Positions 10,750 to 20,447 of a stretch of DNA of 41,657 bases are shown one piece after another (the stretch's first letter is position 1; each line of letters starts with the position of its first letter). The DNA is from Myxococcales bacterium. Its GTDB lineage: Bacteria; Myxococcota_A; UBA9042; JABWCM01; BTVJ01. The position numbers were made by a program, and so were the translations under genes. A model generated the notes under the pieces. The model was given only the letters and a program-made list of their open reading frames with translations, had not been told where the DNA came from and did no database searches. Where the stretch lies: NCBI GenBank assembly GCA_045863395.1, contig BTVJ01000062.1, forward strand, positions 1 to 41,657. The letters are read 5' to 3'.

Positions 10750-11841
10750 ATGAGTCACCTCACCACGCTCCCTCTCCTCGCCGTCCTCGCAGCACTCCCC
10801 GCGGAGGTCCGGGCCGCCCCCGAGCCGCGCCTCACGGGTGTCCACGTGGTCGCGCGCCTGGCCGACGAGGGCGTCGCCACCACCAGCCCGGTCGTGGCAC
10901 GCGCCTCGCGCAAGGCGATCCTGTCCGTCGTGGCCGTCGTGACGGAGGGCGGCCGGGAGCGCATCTACGGCGACGTGCCCGTCCGCCTGCCGGGGCGCCG
11001 CGGCGTCATCACGCCCGAGCCCTGGCCGTCCCTCCCGGTACGCATCCGCTGGTGGCGCATCGAACCCGACACCGTCGGGCAGAGCTTCGACAACACCGCG
11101 CCCTCGTATCACTATGACCCGATCCCCTACGCCGAGACCGCCATCCTCGGGGCCCAGCAGCAGTGGTCCCTCGTCGCGGACCCTCGCCCCACCCTGCTGC
11201 CCTCCACGGACGAGTGGATAGGCACCATGCGGTACAAGGCAGAGGTGACTGCACTTGGGGCGACGCTGGCGACGCCAGGCGCCGAGCGGCGGACTCTCGG
11301 GGGCCCGGACCCGGCCGTGCTGCGCGTGTCCTACGAGGGGGAGCGGGGCCACGCCTACGTCAACGCGCTCCTCGCGCACTTCCACCAGCCATACATCTGG
11401 GGGTCCATGGGCCCGAGCGACCGCAGGCACCAGGCAGAGCTGTTCATCGGCGCCGACTGTGCGGACCTGTTGACGGCTGCGTACCGCCGCTGGTCCGGCA
11501 AGGACGTCGCCTACGGGTGGTCAGCGTCCTTCCTGCCGGGTGGGGCCTACGCGAAGAAGCACGGGCGCGTCGTCGCCCGCAAGGCCAGCCGCGCCCCGGA
11601 CGGCGTCATCCGGGACGCCGGCGGCCAGCCCGTCACAGTGGGCCCCGGGGAGACCGCGCAGATCGGCGACGTAGTGGTGCTGCCTCGGCACGTGGGAGTC
11701 CTCAGCGAGGATCGCGCCCCGCTGGGCGTGCTCGACGACAACGATCTCATCATCCACACGCTGTTCGCCGAGCCTCGCGAGGAGCCCCTGCTCCGGCGCT
11801 GGCCGAACGTGCTCGCGATCTTCCGGTGGCACCAGCCATGA
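10750..11841 (+). CDS. Secreted protein with C-terminal NlpC/P60-like papain-fold domain
   Basis: Signal peptide ending VRA-A; 'PYIWGS...GADCADLL...RHVGV...IIH' follows the NlpC/P60 Cys-His-polar layout. Confidence 0.55.
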   Translation: MSHLTTLPLLAVLAALPAEVRAAPEPRLTGVHVVARLADEGVATTSPVVARASRKAILSVVAVVTEGGRERIYGDVPVRLPGRRGVITPEPWPSLPVRIRWWRIEPDTVGQSFDNTAPSYHYDPIPYAETAILGAQQQWSLVADPRPTLLPSTDEWIGTMRYKAEVTALGATLATPGAERRTLGGPDPAVLRVSYEGERGHAYVNALLAHFHQPYIWGSMGPSDRRHQAELFIGADCADLLTAAYRRWSGKDVAYGWSASFLPGGAYAKKHGRVVARKASRAPDGVIRDAGGQPVTVGPGETAQIGDVVVLPRHVGVLSEDRAPLGVLDDNDLIIHTLFAEPREEPLLRRWPNVLAIFRWHQP

Positions 11842-11910
11842 GGTGGCGGTAGCGATAATGCGGTGAAGCGGTACAATGGGAGGCGCGGTCTGAAACGTGG
11901 AGCCTAGAAA

Positions 11911-11967
11911 CGTCACGCCCGGGAGCGTTGGCGGGGGGGGAGCACCAACGGGTTCCCGGGCGTGACG
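11911..11967. repeat. Long palindrome/stem-loop (REP-like or terminator)
   Basis: cgtcacgcccggga pairs perfectly with tcccgggcgtgacg (14 bp); inner cgttgg/ccaacg stem; G-rich loop; lies between convergent genes. Confidence 0.7.
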
Positions 11968-12168
11968 AGGGCTAATATGCTCAGGTTGCGGGTCATCGTC
12001 AACAACTTTTTTTCACCACGGCGAGCAAGCCGCCCCACAGAGGGCGACATGGCTCCAAATCGCCGTCATGGCTGGAATATTGGCGCGCACTGGAGGGGTG
12101 GTAGCCGCCATCTGGAGTGCTTTGACCGACTTGACCCCCGCGGCCCACGACACCAAGCTCTGCCGGAT

Positions 12169-12187
12169 TGTGCGGCCCGGCCGCACA
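12169..12187 (-). terminator. GC-rich hairpin directly after the stop of the 12189-13175 gene
   Basis: tgtgcggc-ccg-gccgcaca, 8-bp stem; no clear U-tract. Confidence 0.35.
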
Positions 12188-12188
12188 G

Positions 12189-13175
12189 TCAGCGCTTGGC
12201 GGGCGGACCGCCAGCCGTGGAGAAGCCGGGGTTCTTCTTGTCGCGGTTTCGCGCCGCGGTGATCGCGCGGTAGGTCTTGACCTTGGGCAGGTCGAGCCAT
12301 GTCTGGAAGTCGCCCGTCCGCTGCACCTGGTAGTGGTAGCGCCCGTCGCCCTCCGCCGCCCACTCCTGCCCCAGCGAGGCCGTGCGCAGCGTCAGGGAGC
12401 GGTCGTCGATGGGCAGGGCCTTCACGTTGTCGCGGAAGGACTGCACGTAGTCGAAGTACAGCTCGGCGTTGGACAGGGACAGCACGCGCACGGCGACTCC
12501 TGCAGCCTTCGCCGCCTCGGCGATGCCGCGCATGGCGCTCGTCCCCGTCAGGTCGCCCCGGACGGGGAACACCCGGTTCGCCTTGAACAGCGCCACCAGG
12601 TACCCGTACTGGTCGGCGTCGTCGAGGAAGGACGGGAAGCCCTGCTTCTTCGCGAGCTTCTTCGTGGACCCCAGCTTGCCGATCACCAAGCCCCGGGAGA
12701 TCTTGAGGGCCTTCTTCACACCCTTGTTCTCTTGCGGGTCCGGGTAGTAGCGGTCGAGGAGCGCCTCGACGGTCGCCTGGTTCTCCTTTCGCCAGAAATC
12801 GAAGAAAGACGCAGGATCGGGCGATTCCAGGAAGGCCACCTTATAGATCTTGTGAAGATCGACCACGACCTGGTCAAAATCCATGGGAACCAGGATCTCA
12901 GGCCGCGCCCAACCTGCCATGAGGTAGAGCTGGTCGGTGCCAACGCCCGTGAGCAGGCCGCCGACGCCGTCGATGGAAGTGCGGTAGAGGTCGTGCCGCT
13001 TCTCGTCGGAGACCACGAAGTGAGAGTTGGCGGCGAGCTGCTTCGGCAGCGGATCGGGCACCACGGCCTCGAACGCCGCGACCGCCTTCGCCGGCAGAGG
13101 CTGAAGCACCGGGGGCGCGGCGGCGGCCGGGAGGGCCAGAGCGCCACACAGGGCTGCGATGACGGCGATCCTCAT
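12189..13175 (-). CDS. Secreted hypothetical protein, LIC_10091-like
   Basis: GGAGG RBS, ATG 13175, Ala-rich signal peptide; 'VSDE...GGLLTGVGTDQLY...MDFD...LSNAE' recalls the LIC_10091-like family (from memory). Confidence 0.55.
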   Translation of the reverse strand: MRIAVIAALCGALALPAAAAPPVLQPLPAKAVAAFEAVVPDPLPKQLAANSHFVVSDEKRHDLYRTSIDGVGGLLTGVGTDQLYLMAGWARPEILVPMDFDQVVVDLHKIYKVAFLESPDPASFFDFWRKENQATVEALLDRYYPDPQENKGVKKALKISRGLVIGKLGSTKKLAKKQGFPSFLDDADQYGYLVALFKANRVFPVRGDLTGTSAMRGIAEAAKAAGVAVRVLSLSNAELYFDYVQSFRDNVKALPIDDRSLTLRTASLGQEWAAEGDGRYHYQVQRTGDFQTWLDLPKVKTYRAITAARNRDKKNPGFSTAGGPPAKR

Positions 13176-13492
13176 ATGTTCGACCTCCAAGCGGGGGGAG
13201 CGCGGTGGCTCGTGGAACGGCAGAGCGGGACGAGGGCCGAATTCTAGCGCCCACCTCGTCCTTGTCCAGCCCCAGGGCCCGGCCGCCGAGCTGGCCGCGC
13301 TGCTCTGGCGCCTGGCGTCCCCCCCGCTCGCCCGGAGGCGCCCGGCGCTGACTCACAACCGATTGGAATCACGACGATTTATCTGACTCACTTTGGCATC
13401 CGGGGCCAATCGCGGTAAGAGATGCACGCTGCGCCTCCATCAGTGAACGGCGCGGCACATCGACGTGTACAACCCCAGCAAGGGAGGTCCCC

Positions 13493-13912
13493 ATGGCACA
13501 GCTCAACGGAACCAAGACCCACCAGAATCTGAAGGACGCGTTCGCGGGCGAGTCCCAGGCGAACCGCCGCTACCTGTACTTCGCGAAGATCGCGGACGTC
13601 GAGGGCTACCCGGAGATCGCGGGCAACTTCCGCGAGACGGCGGAGGGCGAGACCGGCCACGCCCACGGGCACCTGGACTACCTGAAGGCCGTCGGCGATC
13701 CGGCGACGGGCCTGCCCTTCGGCGACACCATCCAGAACCTCAAGGCGTCGGTGGCGGGCGAGACCCACGAGTACACCGACATGTACCCGGGCATGGCGAA
13801 GGCGGCGCGGGAGGAGGGCTTCCCCCAGATCGCCGACTGGTTCGAGACCCTGGCCAAGGCTGAGAAGTCCCACGCCGGGCGCTTCCAGAAGCTGCTCGAC
13901 AGCATCGACTGA
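13493..13912 (+). CDS. rbr: Rubrerythrin (short, no rubredoxin domain)
   Basis: '[12 protein letters not shown]', 'EGETGHA', '[11 protein letters not shown]', 'AEKSHA' diiron ligands; GGAGG RBS. Confidence 0.93.
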   Translation: MAQLNGTKTHQNLKDAFAGESQANRRYLYFAKIADVEGYPEIAGNFRETAEGETGHAHGHLDYLKAVGDPATGLPFGDTIQNLKASVAGETHEYTDMYPGMAKAAREEGFPQIADWFETLAKAEKSHAGRFQKLLDSID

Positions 13913-13944
13913 GAACCCGCTGGCGGGGCGCTCTGAGGGTGTTG

Positions 13945-13992
13945 CCAGGAGGCCCGTCGTGTCCGCGAGGGCGCCCGCGACGGGCCACCTGG
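13945..13992 (+). terminator. Intercistronic stem-loop after rubrerythrin (partial terminator or mRNA stabiliser)
   Basis: ccagg-a-ggcccgtcgtg ... cgcgacgggcc-a-cctgg paired arms. Confidence 0.45.
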
Positions 13993-14047
13993 GCTACGCC
14001 TTCGTGCTCGCCCCGCCGTTCGCCCCCCTCCAGCAGGCGAGCGTCCC

Positions 14048-15382
14048 GTGTCCCACGCCAACATCTCCTACCAGCCCACCGACGGCCTGAGCTACGACCC
14101 CAACGAGGCCCTCTACTGGGATCCGGCCAAGCTGGACCAGGAGGTCACCCGCGTCTTCGAGGTCTGTCACGGCTGCCGCATGTGCTTCAAGTACTGCGAC
14201 TCGTTCCCGCTGCTCTTCAAGGCCATCGACGAGCGGCACGACGGCGACGTGCGCAAGATCACGGCGGAAGAGACGGGCGCCGTCATGGACGCCTGCTTCC
14301 AGTGCAAGCTCTGCGAGGTCCAGTGCCCGTATACGCCGCGGGACGGCCACGAGTTCCAGCTCGACTTCCCGAAGCTGGTCCACCGGTTCCGCGCGCAGCA
14401 GGTAGAGAAGCACGGGGTCAAGCTCCGCGACCGCATCCTCGGGGACCCGGACGGTACGGCCGCCTTTGCGCGCCTGTCCTTCGGGCTCGCCAACCTGATG
14501 AACCGGGTGCGGGTGCATCGCTGGTTCATGGAGAAGACCCTCGGGATCCACCGGGACAAGCTGCTGCCGGACTTCGCACGCAAGACCTTCGAGGGGCACG
14601 TGCGCGAGGCCGGGAGGCTCGCTGCGGCGCCCGGTGACGAGGAGGCGGTGCTCTTCCAGACCTGCTTCGTCGAGCACAACGAGCCGCAGCTCGGCCTCGA
14701 CACCCTGGAGGTGCTCGACCGCAACGGGGTGAAGGCGGCGTGCGTCGAGGGCCTGCGCTGCTGCGGGATGCCGGCCTGGGAGCACGGCAACCTGGACACC
14801 CTCCGCGAGCACGCCCACCACAACCTGGAGCGCCTGCGACCGTTCGCGGAGGCCGGCAAGAAGGTGCTCGTGATCAACCCGACCTGCGCCATGATGCTGC
14901 GCCGCGAGTACCCGGAGCTGGTCGCCGAGGGCGACCGGGCAGCGGCAAGGGTCGTGGCGAGCGCCGTGATGGACCCGAGCGAGTACCTGTGGTCCATCCG
15001 CGACCAGCCGCGCTTCAACGCCGAGGTCAAGACGAAGCCCGCGTCGCTCGCCTACCACGCGCCGTGCCACCTGCGGGCCCAGGCGGTGGGCTTCAAGGGC
15101 CGGGACCTGATGCGAAAGGTGCTCGGCGTCACCCCTGGGACGGTGCTGGAGTGCTGCGGCCACGACGGCACCTACGCCATGAAAGTGGAGTCCTTCGAGG
15201 ACTCGGCGCGGATCGGCAAGAAGGCCTTCGACGACATGGGGGCGAAGGGGGCGGCGGTGTGGTCCACGGACTGCCCGCTCGCCGGCATGCAGTTCCAGCA
15301 GCACGCGGGCAAGAAGGGGCTCCACCCCATGACGGTGCTGGCGCGGGCCTACCGAGGGGAGTCATTCGAGGAGGAGCCATGA
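14048..15382 (+). CDS. Fe-S oxidoreductase (GlpC/HdrD-like, rubrerythrin-associated)
   Basis: CxxCxxCxxxC twice ('[11 protein letters not shown]', '[12 protein letters not shown]') plus two CCG domains ('CCGMP', 'CCGHDG'). Confidence 0.88.
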   Translation: MSHANISYQPTDGLSYDPNEALYWDPAKLDQEVTRVFEVCHGCRMCFKYCDSFPLLFKAIDERHDGDVRKITAEETGAVMDACFQCKLCEVQCPYTPRDGHEFQLDFPKLVHRFRAQQVEKHGVKLRDRILGDPDGTAAFARLSFGLANLMNRVRVHRWFMEKTLGIHRDKLLPDFARKTFEGHVREAGRLAAAPGDEEAVLFQTCFVEHNEPQLGLDTLEVLDRNGVKAACVEGLRCCGMPAWEHGNLDTLREHAHHNLERLRPFAEAGKKVLVINPTCAMMLRREYPELVAEGDRAAARVVASAVMDPSEYLWSIRDQPRFNAEVKTKPASLAYHAPCHLRAQAVGFKGRDLMRKVLGVTPGTVLECCGHDGTYAMKVESFEDSARIGKKAFDDMGAKGAAVWSTDCPLAGMQFQQHAGKKGLHPMTVLARAYRGESFEEEP

Positions 15383-15936
15383 GGCCGGTGCTGCGCGAAG
15401 AGATCCTGGACTGGCAGACCTATGGGGAGCAGCGGGCCGCCATGCAAGAGCGGATCTTTCCCGCCAAGGCGGCCCGGCGGATCCACGTGGGGCCGCACCT
15501 GACCTTCCTGTTCGAGAACCGGGACACGGTGCGCTACCAGATCCAGGAGATGATGCGAGCGGAGCGCATCGTGCGGGAGGCGGACATCCGCCACGAGATC
15601 GACACCTACAACGAGCTCCTGGGGGGGCCGGGCGAGCTCGGGTTCACCCTGCTCATCGAGATCGAGGACGCAACAGAGCGACCCGCGAAGCTCGCCGCCT
15701 GGCTGACGCTGCCGGAGCACATCTACGCTCTGACGGGTGACGGCGAGCGGGTGCGGGCCACCTTCGACCCGCGGCAGGTGGGCGACACGCAGGTCTCGTC
15801 CGTGCAGTACATGAAGATCGATACGGGGGGCCGGGTGCCCGTGGCCATCGGCGTCGACCACCCGGCGTACACGGCGGAGGCGCGGCTCTCGGACGAGCAG
15901 CGCACCGCCCTGGCCGCGGATCTGGCCGACGACTGA
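15379..15936 (+). CDS. DUF3501 family protein
   Basis: ATGA overlap with the upstream gene; 'FLFENRDTVRYQIQEMMRAE', 'EIDTYNEL', 'TLLIE', 'SSVQY', 'DHPAY'; conserved synteny with rbr. Confidence 0.88.
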   Translation: MRPVLREEILDWQTYGEQRAAMQERIFPAKAARRIHVGPHLTFLFENRDTVRYQIQEMMRAERIVREADIRHEIDTYNELLGGPGELGFTLLIEIEDATERPAKLAAWLTLPEHIYALTGDGERVRATFDPRQVGDTQVSSVQYMKIDTGGRVPVAIGVDHPAYTAEARLSDEQRTALAADLADD

Positions 15937-15956
15937 CCGCTGACGGCGCGGTCGCC

Positions 15957-16277
15957 TCAGCGCGGGTCGTCGAGGAGCGGCCGCACCCACGAGTGGATCG
16001 CCACCGTGGACGGCATCCCGAGCGTGCTCGCGGCGAGCGCGATGACCTGCTCGATGGCCTCCCGCTCGATGCCCAGCGCCAGCGCCTTGCGCACGCTGGA
16101 CCGGACCGCGCCCTCCCGCATGGCCCCGACGGCGATGCCCAGCTTGACGAGCCGCGCCTGCCGCTCGTCGAGGGGGCCCGCCGACCCCGCGTCGTTGATC
16201 AGATCCCACGCCTGCTGCAGCTTCGGGTAGCGGGTCACGAAGTCGTCGTAGGCTTTCGGTGGCTTGGGCTGGCTCAT
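15957..16277 (-). CDS. Carboxymuconolactone decarboxylase (CMD/AhpD-like) family protein
   Basis: 106 aa; 'GPLDERQARLVKLGIAVG...SSVRKALALGI..EAIEQVIALAASTLGMP'; GGAGG RBS. Confidence 0.8.
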   Translation of the reverse strand: MSQPKPPKAYDDFVTRYPKLQQAWDLINDAGSAGPLDERQARLVKLGIAVGAMREGAVRSSVRKALALGIEREAIEQVIALAASTLGMPSTVAIHSWVRPLLDDPR

Positions 16278-16412
16278 GGTCGTCCCTCCGGAGTGGTTGC
16301 CGGGCCCGACCATAGCGCAACCCCGCGAACACCGTCGAGGGGGTTGCGCCCGGGACGCGGTCGATCCTACTCTGCGCCGCTCAGTGTCCACCCAGACAGC
16401 GAGGCAGAGGAG

Positions 16413-18344
16413 ATGAGCACCCATGCGGCAGTCGCGACACTCATCGCGGGCGTCATCGTGAGCGGACCAGCGCTGGCAGAGCCGGCCTGGGTCCCGGACG
16501 CCAACGCACCCCGGAGCGCCCTCCCGGTGGAGGCGACGTGGGACCTCGGGGCCCTGTTCCCGAGCGACGCGGCCTTCGAGGAGGCGCTGGCGGCGCAGCC
16601 GGCCGCCCTCGCAACGCTGGAGGCGCTGCGCGGCTCGCTCGGCACCCCCGCGAAGCTGGCCGACTGCCTCGAGCTCTACTTCGAGCTGCGCATGGCCACC
16701 AACCGGCTGACCCTCTACGCGAACCTTCGCTTCGACTCGGCCCAGCGCTCCGACGAGGTGAAGGGCATGTCGGAGCGCGCGCAGAAGGCGCTTCACGACT
16801 TCATGCGCGTGGCGGGCTTCATCCGGCAGGAGCTGCTCGCGCCGTCGGACGAGGCGATGGCCGCGACCCTGGCCGGGGAGCCTCGCCTCGGGCCCTTCGC
16901 GGCCTTCGTCGAGGAGGTGCGGCGGCGCCGTGGCCACGTAGCGAGCCCGGATGGGGAGCGCATCCTGGGCCTCGCCGGCGACAACCTGTGGGCGGAGGTC
17001 GATCTGAACGAGATCCCCAGCGACCACGAGAAGACCTTCGGCGCGCTGCTCTCGGATCTGGTGCTCCCGACCATCCGCGACGAGGACGGCAAGGAGGTCC
17101 AGCTCACCCTGTCCAACTACCCGCGCTACCGGAGTTCGAAAGATCGGCGGGTCCGAAAGGACGCGGTGGATGGCCTGTTCGGCGCTCTCAACCGGTATCG
17201 CAACGCCTTTGCGTCCACGCTCGCTGGGCAGGCTCGTTTCTCGACTTTTCTCGCCCGATCGCGTGGGTATGATACCGTCCTCGACGCCTACCTGGACCGG
17301 GACCAGATCGACCCGGCAGTCTACCGGGGCCTGATCTCCGCCGTGCGCGCCAACCTGGAGCCGCTCCACCGCTACGTGAAGGTGCGCAAGCTGGCCCTCG
17401 GACTGGACACGGTCCACATCTACGACCTCTACCCGCCGCTCGTGCCGAGCGTGGAGCTGCGCTACACCTGGGAGGAGGGGCGCGCGGCGGTCCTGGAGGC
17501 GCTCGCCCCCTTGGGAGACGCGGCCCTGGCCGTGCTGAAGGACGGGCTCGACCCGGCGAACCGCTGGGTGGACGTCTACCCCCACAAGGACAAGGACAGC
17601 GGCGCGTTCTGCGCGGCCATGTACGGGGTCCACCCCTACGTGAAGCTCAACTGGCTCGACGACCTGGACGGCCTGTCGACGCTGGCCCACGAGCTGGGCC
17701 ACGCCCTGCACAGCCACCTGGCCATGACGCACCAGCCGGTGGCGACGTGGAGCTACGTGCCCTTCATCGCGGAGATCGCGAGCACCATCAACGAGAAGAT
17801 GCTCTCAGACTGGCTGCTCGCGCGGGCGAAGACGGACCAGGAGCGCCTCTACCTGCTGGCGGAGCTGGCGGAGACGCTGCGGACGACCATCTATCGACAG
17901 ACGCTGTTCGCGGAGCTGGAGCTCATCGTCCACGAGGCGGTGGAGCGGGGCGAGCCCGTCACGGCCGACATGCTGAGCGACACCTACGCGCGCCTGGTCA
18001 AGGAGTACTACGGGCCGGACTTCGAGCTCGGCGAGCACGACGGCATGGAGTGGGCCTACGTGGGTCACTTCTACTACAAGTACTACGTGTTCACCTACGC
18101 GACGGGCCTGTCCGCAGGGATCGCCCTCGCGGAGCGCATCAGCACGCAAGGCGAGCCCGCGCGAGAGGCCTTCCTGACCATGCTCAAGGGCGGGTCGTCC
18201 AAGCCCCCTCTCGACCTGCTGCGCGACGCGGGGGTCGACCTGACGAAGCCCGACGCCGTCGAGGCCGCCGCGCGCTTGCTAGACGACACCCTCGGCAAGA
18301 TGGAGCAGCTCCTGGCGAAGCGATCCCGGGTCCGGGGGCGCTGA
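16413..18344 (+). CDS. pepF: Oligoendopeptidase F (M3B) with N-terminal signal peptide
   Basis: 'TWDL..LF', 'RWVDVYP...KDSGAF', zinc motif HELGHALH, 'AEIAST.NE', 'YVFTYATG'; signal ending ALA-E. Confidence 0.9.
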   Translation: MSTHAAVATLIAGVIVSGPALAEPAWVPDANAPRSALPVEATWDLGALFPSDAAFEEALAAQPAALATLEALRGSLGTPAKLADCLELYFELRMATNRLTLYANLRFDSAQRSDEVKGMSERAQKALHDFMRVAGFIRQELLAPSDEAMAATLAGEPRLGPFAAFVEEVRRRRGHVASPDGERILGLAGDNLWAEVDLNEIPSDHEKTFGALLSDLVLPTIRDEDGKEVQLTLSNYPRYRSSKDRRVRKDAVDGLFGALNRYRNAFASTLAGQARFSTFLARSRGYDTVLDAYLDRDQIDPAVYRGLISAVRANLEPLHRYVKVRKLALGLDTVHIYDLYPPLVPSVELRYTWEEGRAAVLEALAPLGDAALAVLKDGLDPANRWVDVYPHKDKDSGAFCAAMYGVHPYVKLNWLDDLDGLSTLAHELGHALHSHLAMTHQPVATWSYVPFIAEIASTINEKMLSDWLLARAKTDQERLYLLAELAETLRTTIYRQTLFAELELIVHEAVERGEPVTADMLSDTYARLVKEYYGPDFELGEHDGMEWAYVGHFYYKYYVFTYATGLSAGIALAERISTQGEPAREAFLTMLKGGSSKPPLDLLRDAGVDLTKPDAVEAAARLLDDTLGKMEQLLAKRSRVRGR

Positions 18345-18473
18345 CACCGTAGGTAACGAGGAGCGCAGAAATACGCCAGCGGAAGGTCACTTCGGGTGGT
18401 CGGTCGCGCTGCCATGGTGTAGAGTCCTGGCCTCTGGTCACTGAAGGCCACCCCGAACCAACGCGAGAGAGCC

Positions 18474-20447
18474 ATGCGACTTCGAGCAACACTGAGCGCC
18501 TCCGCGCTGCTGTCGGCCCTGGTGCTGGCGGGCGCGGGCTGCGAGTCGGACCCGTCGTCCTCCGGGTCCAACAACTCGGGCCAGGACGCGGCGGGAGACA
18601 CGACAGGCGGCGGCACCGAGGACGGGAGCGTCGCCGGCGACACCGCCGGACCCGGTGGCGGAGACACCGCCAAGCCCGGCGACGACGCCACCACCCCCGG
18701 CGATGATGGCGCCAGCACGACGGATGTCCCCGTAGGGCCGAAGCCGGATCGTGTGGTCGACCTGCGGGTCGACACGAACCGAAATGGCGTCATCGACCTC
18801 GACGACCCCACGGAGGACGAGGGCGAGGACGAGTGGACCGCCGACCACGGCGCCATCTTCCTGGCGAACATCGACGACGACTTGGTGGCCTGTCCCAAGT
18901 CGGGCAAGGGCATCAACGACATCACGCTCCCGGACTGCAACGACGCCGCGGACGAGGTGGTCAACGGCGAGAACGACCTGCTGGACATGGCGCCCCTCCA
19001 CGTGGTCGCCATCCCCGACGCCCCGGACGGCGCGAAGGGCCACCTCGACCTCGGGCCCTTCGGCACCGACCGGGCCCGGCTGTTCATCGAGCGCGACGGC
19101 GAGTGGGTCTACTTCAATCCGCGCCAGGAGGACCTGACGGGCGCCGAGCTGCGCGCCGGCGTCAACCTGAAGCTCGAGGGGCGGGACGTGGTCCGTGACA
19201 CCGAGGCATGGGACGGCATGCTCCCCATCGAGCTGACCGTCGACTACGGCGACGGGACCAAGGACTCCGACAAGGTGCAGATGCGCGTCGCGCCCATGGT
19301 GCTCTACCACCACCTGCTCGAGGGCGAGATCTCGCACGTCACGACGTTCAACTACGCGGCGTCCAAGGTCTTCCGCGACGACCTGAAGAAGGCGAACGCC
19401 GCGATGGCGAAGCCCGTGACCTTTGACGAGATCAGCGTCGGCGATCAGTGGACACAGGACTTCTTCGAGCCCGCGTACATGTCCATGCCGTCGCCGAGCG
19501 GCCAGCACGCAATCCGCGTGTACCTTCGCAGCGCCAACGTGTTCAGCCCGAGCAACGCCTCCAACCCGCTGCGCCCGGCTGGCAAGGTGGTGTTCACCCA
19601 CTTCCGCGGCAAGGACGCGGCGGGCGTGCAGCAGTTCGACATCAAGCACAACGGCCAGTCGGACTCGCTGAACAGCTTCGGCAACACGGAGACCATCCCG
19701 CCCTACAGCAAGGACGGCGTGGACTACCCGCTGGGCCGCGTCTTCCAGGGCGAGATCCCGTCCTTCGCCATGGACAAGAACTTCGTCAAGATGATGGACT
19801 CGCAGGCCGTGCAGCCGCGGGTGACCGTCGACACCTCGTGGCTCCTCGTGGGGCACGTGGACGAGACCATCACCTTCGTGCGGGCGGACAATGAGCGCGG
19901 GTGGACCATCGGGCGCAACGACGCCATGATGGCCGTCCACATGCTGGAGGAGCTCGAGGCGGCCGGCCACGGCGCCGTGCCCATGTTCGTCGGCAAGGAC
20001 TGGGACGAGAACGACCCTGCCGAGGCGACCATCGCCGAGGTGCTCGACGACACGGACGTCATGTCCGAGACCGCCGCGTCCGCCGCGGAGGTGGACGACC
20101 AGGTCGAGATCCTGAAGGAGGTCACGGGCGTCACAGACGACGAGATGCTGCTCGTGCCCTACCTGCACTGGAGCATCTACGGGTACTCGGTGGCGTACCA
20201 ACCTGGCACGATCAACGGCCAGTACCTGGACCACAAGACCTTCGCGCCGCCCGAGACGCACGGCCCGCTGATCGACGGCAAGGACCCCTTCAAGGAGCAG
20301 TTCGAGAAGGAGTTCGCCAAGGTGGGCGTCAACGTCTACTGGATTGAGAACTGGGACCTGTACCACGCGCTACTCGGCGAGGTGCACTGCGGAACCAATA
20401 CCACGCGGGAGATCCCCAGCGTGAAGTGGTGGGAGACCGGACGATGA
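18474..20447 (+). CDS. Protein-arginine deiminase (PAD) family lipoprotein
   Basis: Lipobox LAGAGC, acidic linker, 'GAIFLANIDDD', catalytic motifs 'DQWTQD', 'WLLVGHVDE', 'GEVHCGTN', C-terminal 'KWWE'. Confidence 0.9.
   Translation: MRLRATLSASALLSALVLAGAGCESDPSSSGSNNSGQDAAGDTTGGGTEDGSVAGDTAGPGGGDTAKPGDDATTPGDDGASTTDVPVGPKPDRVVDLRVDTNRNGVIDLDDPTEDEGEDEWTADHGAIFLANIDDDLVACPKSGKGINDITLPDCNDAADEVVNGENDLLDMAPLHVVAIPDAPDGAKGHLDLGPFGTDRARLFIERDGEWVYFNPRQEDLTGAELRAGVNLKLEGRDVVRDTEAWDGMLPIELTVDYGDGTKDSDKVQMRVAPMVLYHHLLEGEISHVTTFNYAASKVFRDDLKKANAAMAKPVTFDEISVGDQWTQDFFEPAYMSMPSPSGQHAIRVYLRSANVFSPSNASNPLRPAGKVVFTHFRGKDAAGVQQFDIKHNGQSDSLNSFGNTETIPPYSKDGVDYPLGRVFQGEIPSFAMDKNFVKMMDSQAVQPRVTVDTSWLLVGHVDETITFVRADNERGWTIGRNDAMMAVHMLEELEAAGHGAVPMFVGKDWDENDPAEATIAEVLDDTDVMSETAASAAEVDDQVEILKEVTGVTDDEMLLVPYLHWSIYGYSVAYQPGTINGQYLDHKTFAPPETHGPLIDGKDPFKEQFEKEFAKVGVNVYWIENWDLYHALLGEVHCGTNTTREIPSVKWWETGR

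Noticed and set aside
5395..11430. Long alternative-frame and antisense ORFs (e.g. 5395-7845 +, 8268-10151 +, 9142-11430 -) and similar ones across the window
   Set aside because: Shadow ORFs expected in high-GC DNA; Arg/Pro/Gly-rich with no motifs and overlapping well-supported genes
13355..13395. PerR/Fur box upstream of rubrerythrin
   Set aside because: 'ttggaatcacgacgattt' gives at best a half-site with no convincing inverted symmetry
18474..20447. PAD as a tailoring enzyme of the RiPP (citrulassin analogy)
   Set aside because: The predicted core has no Arg, the PAD is a lipoprotein, and it lies about 18 kb away
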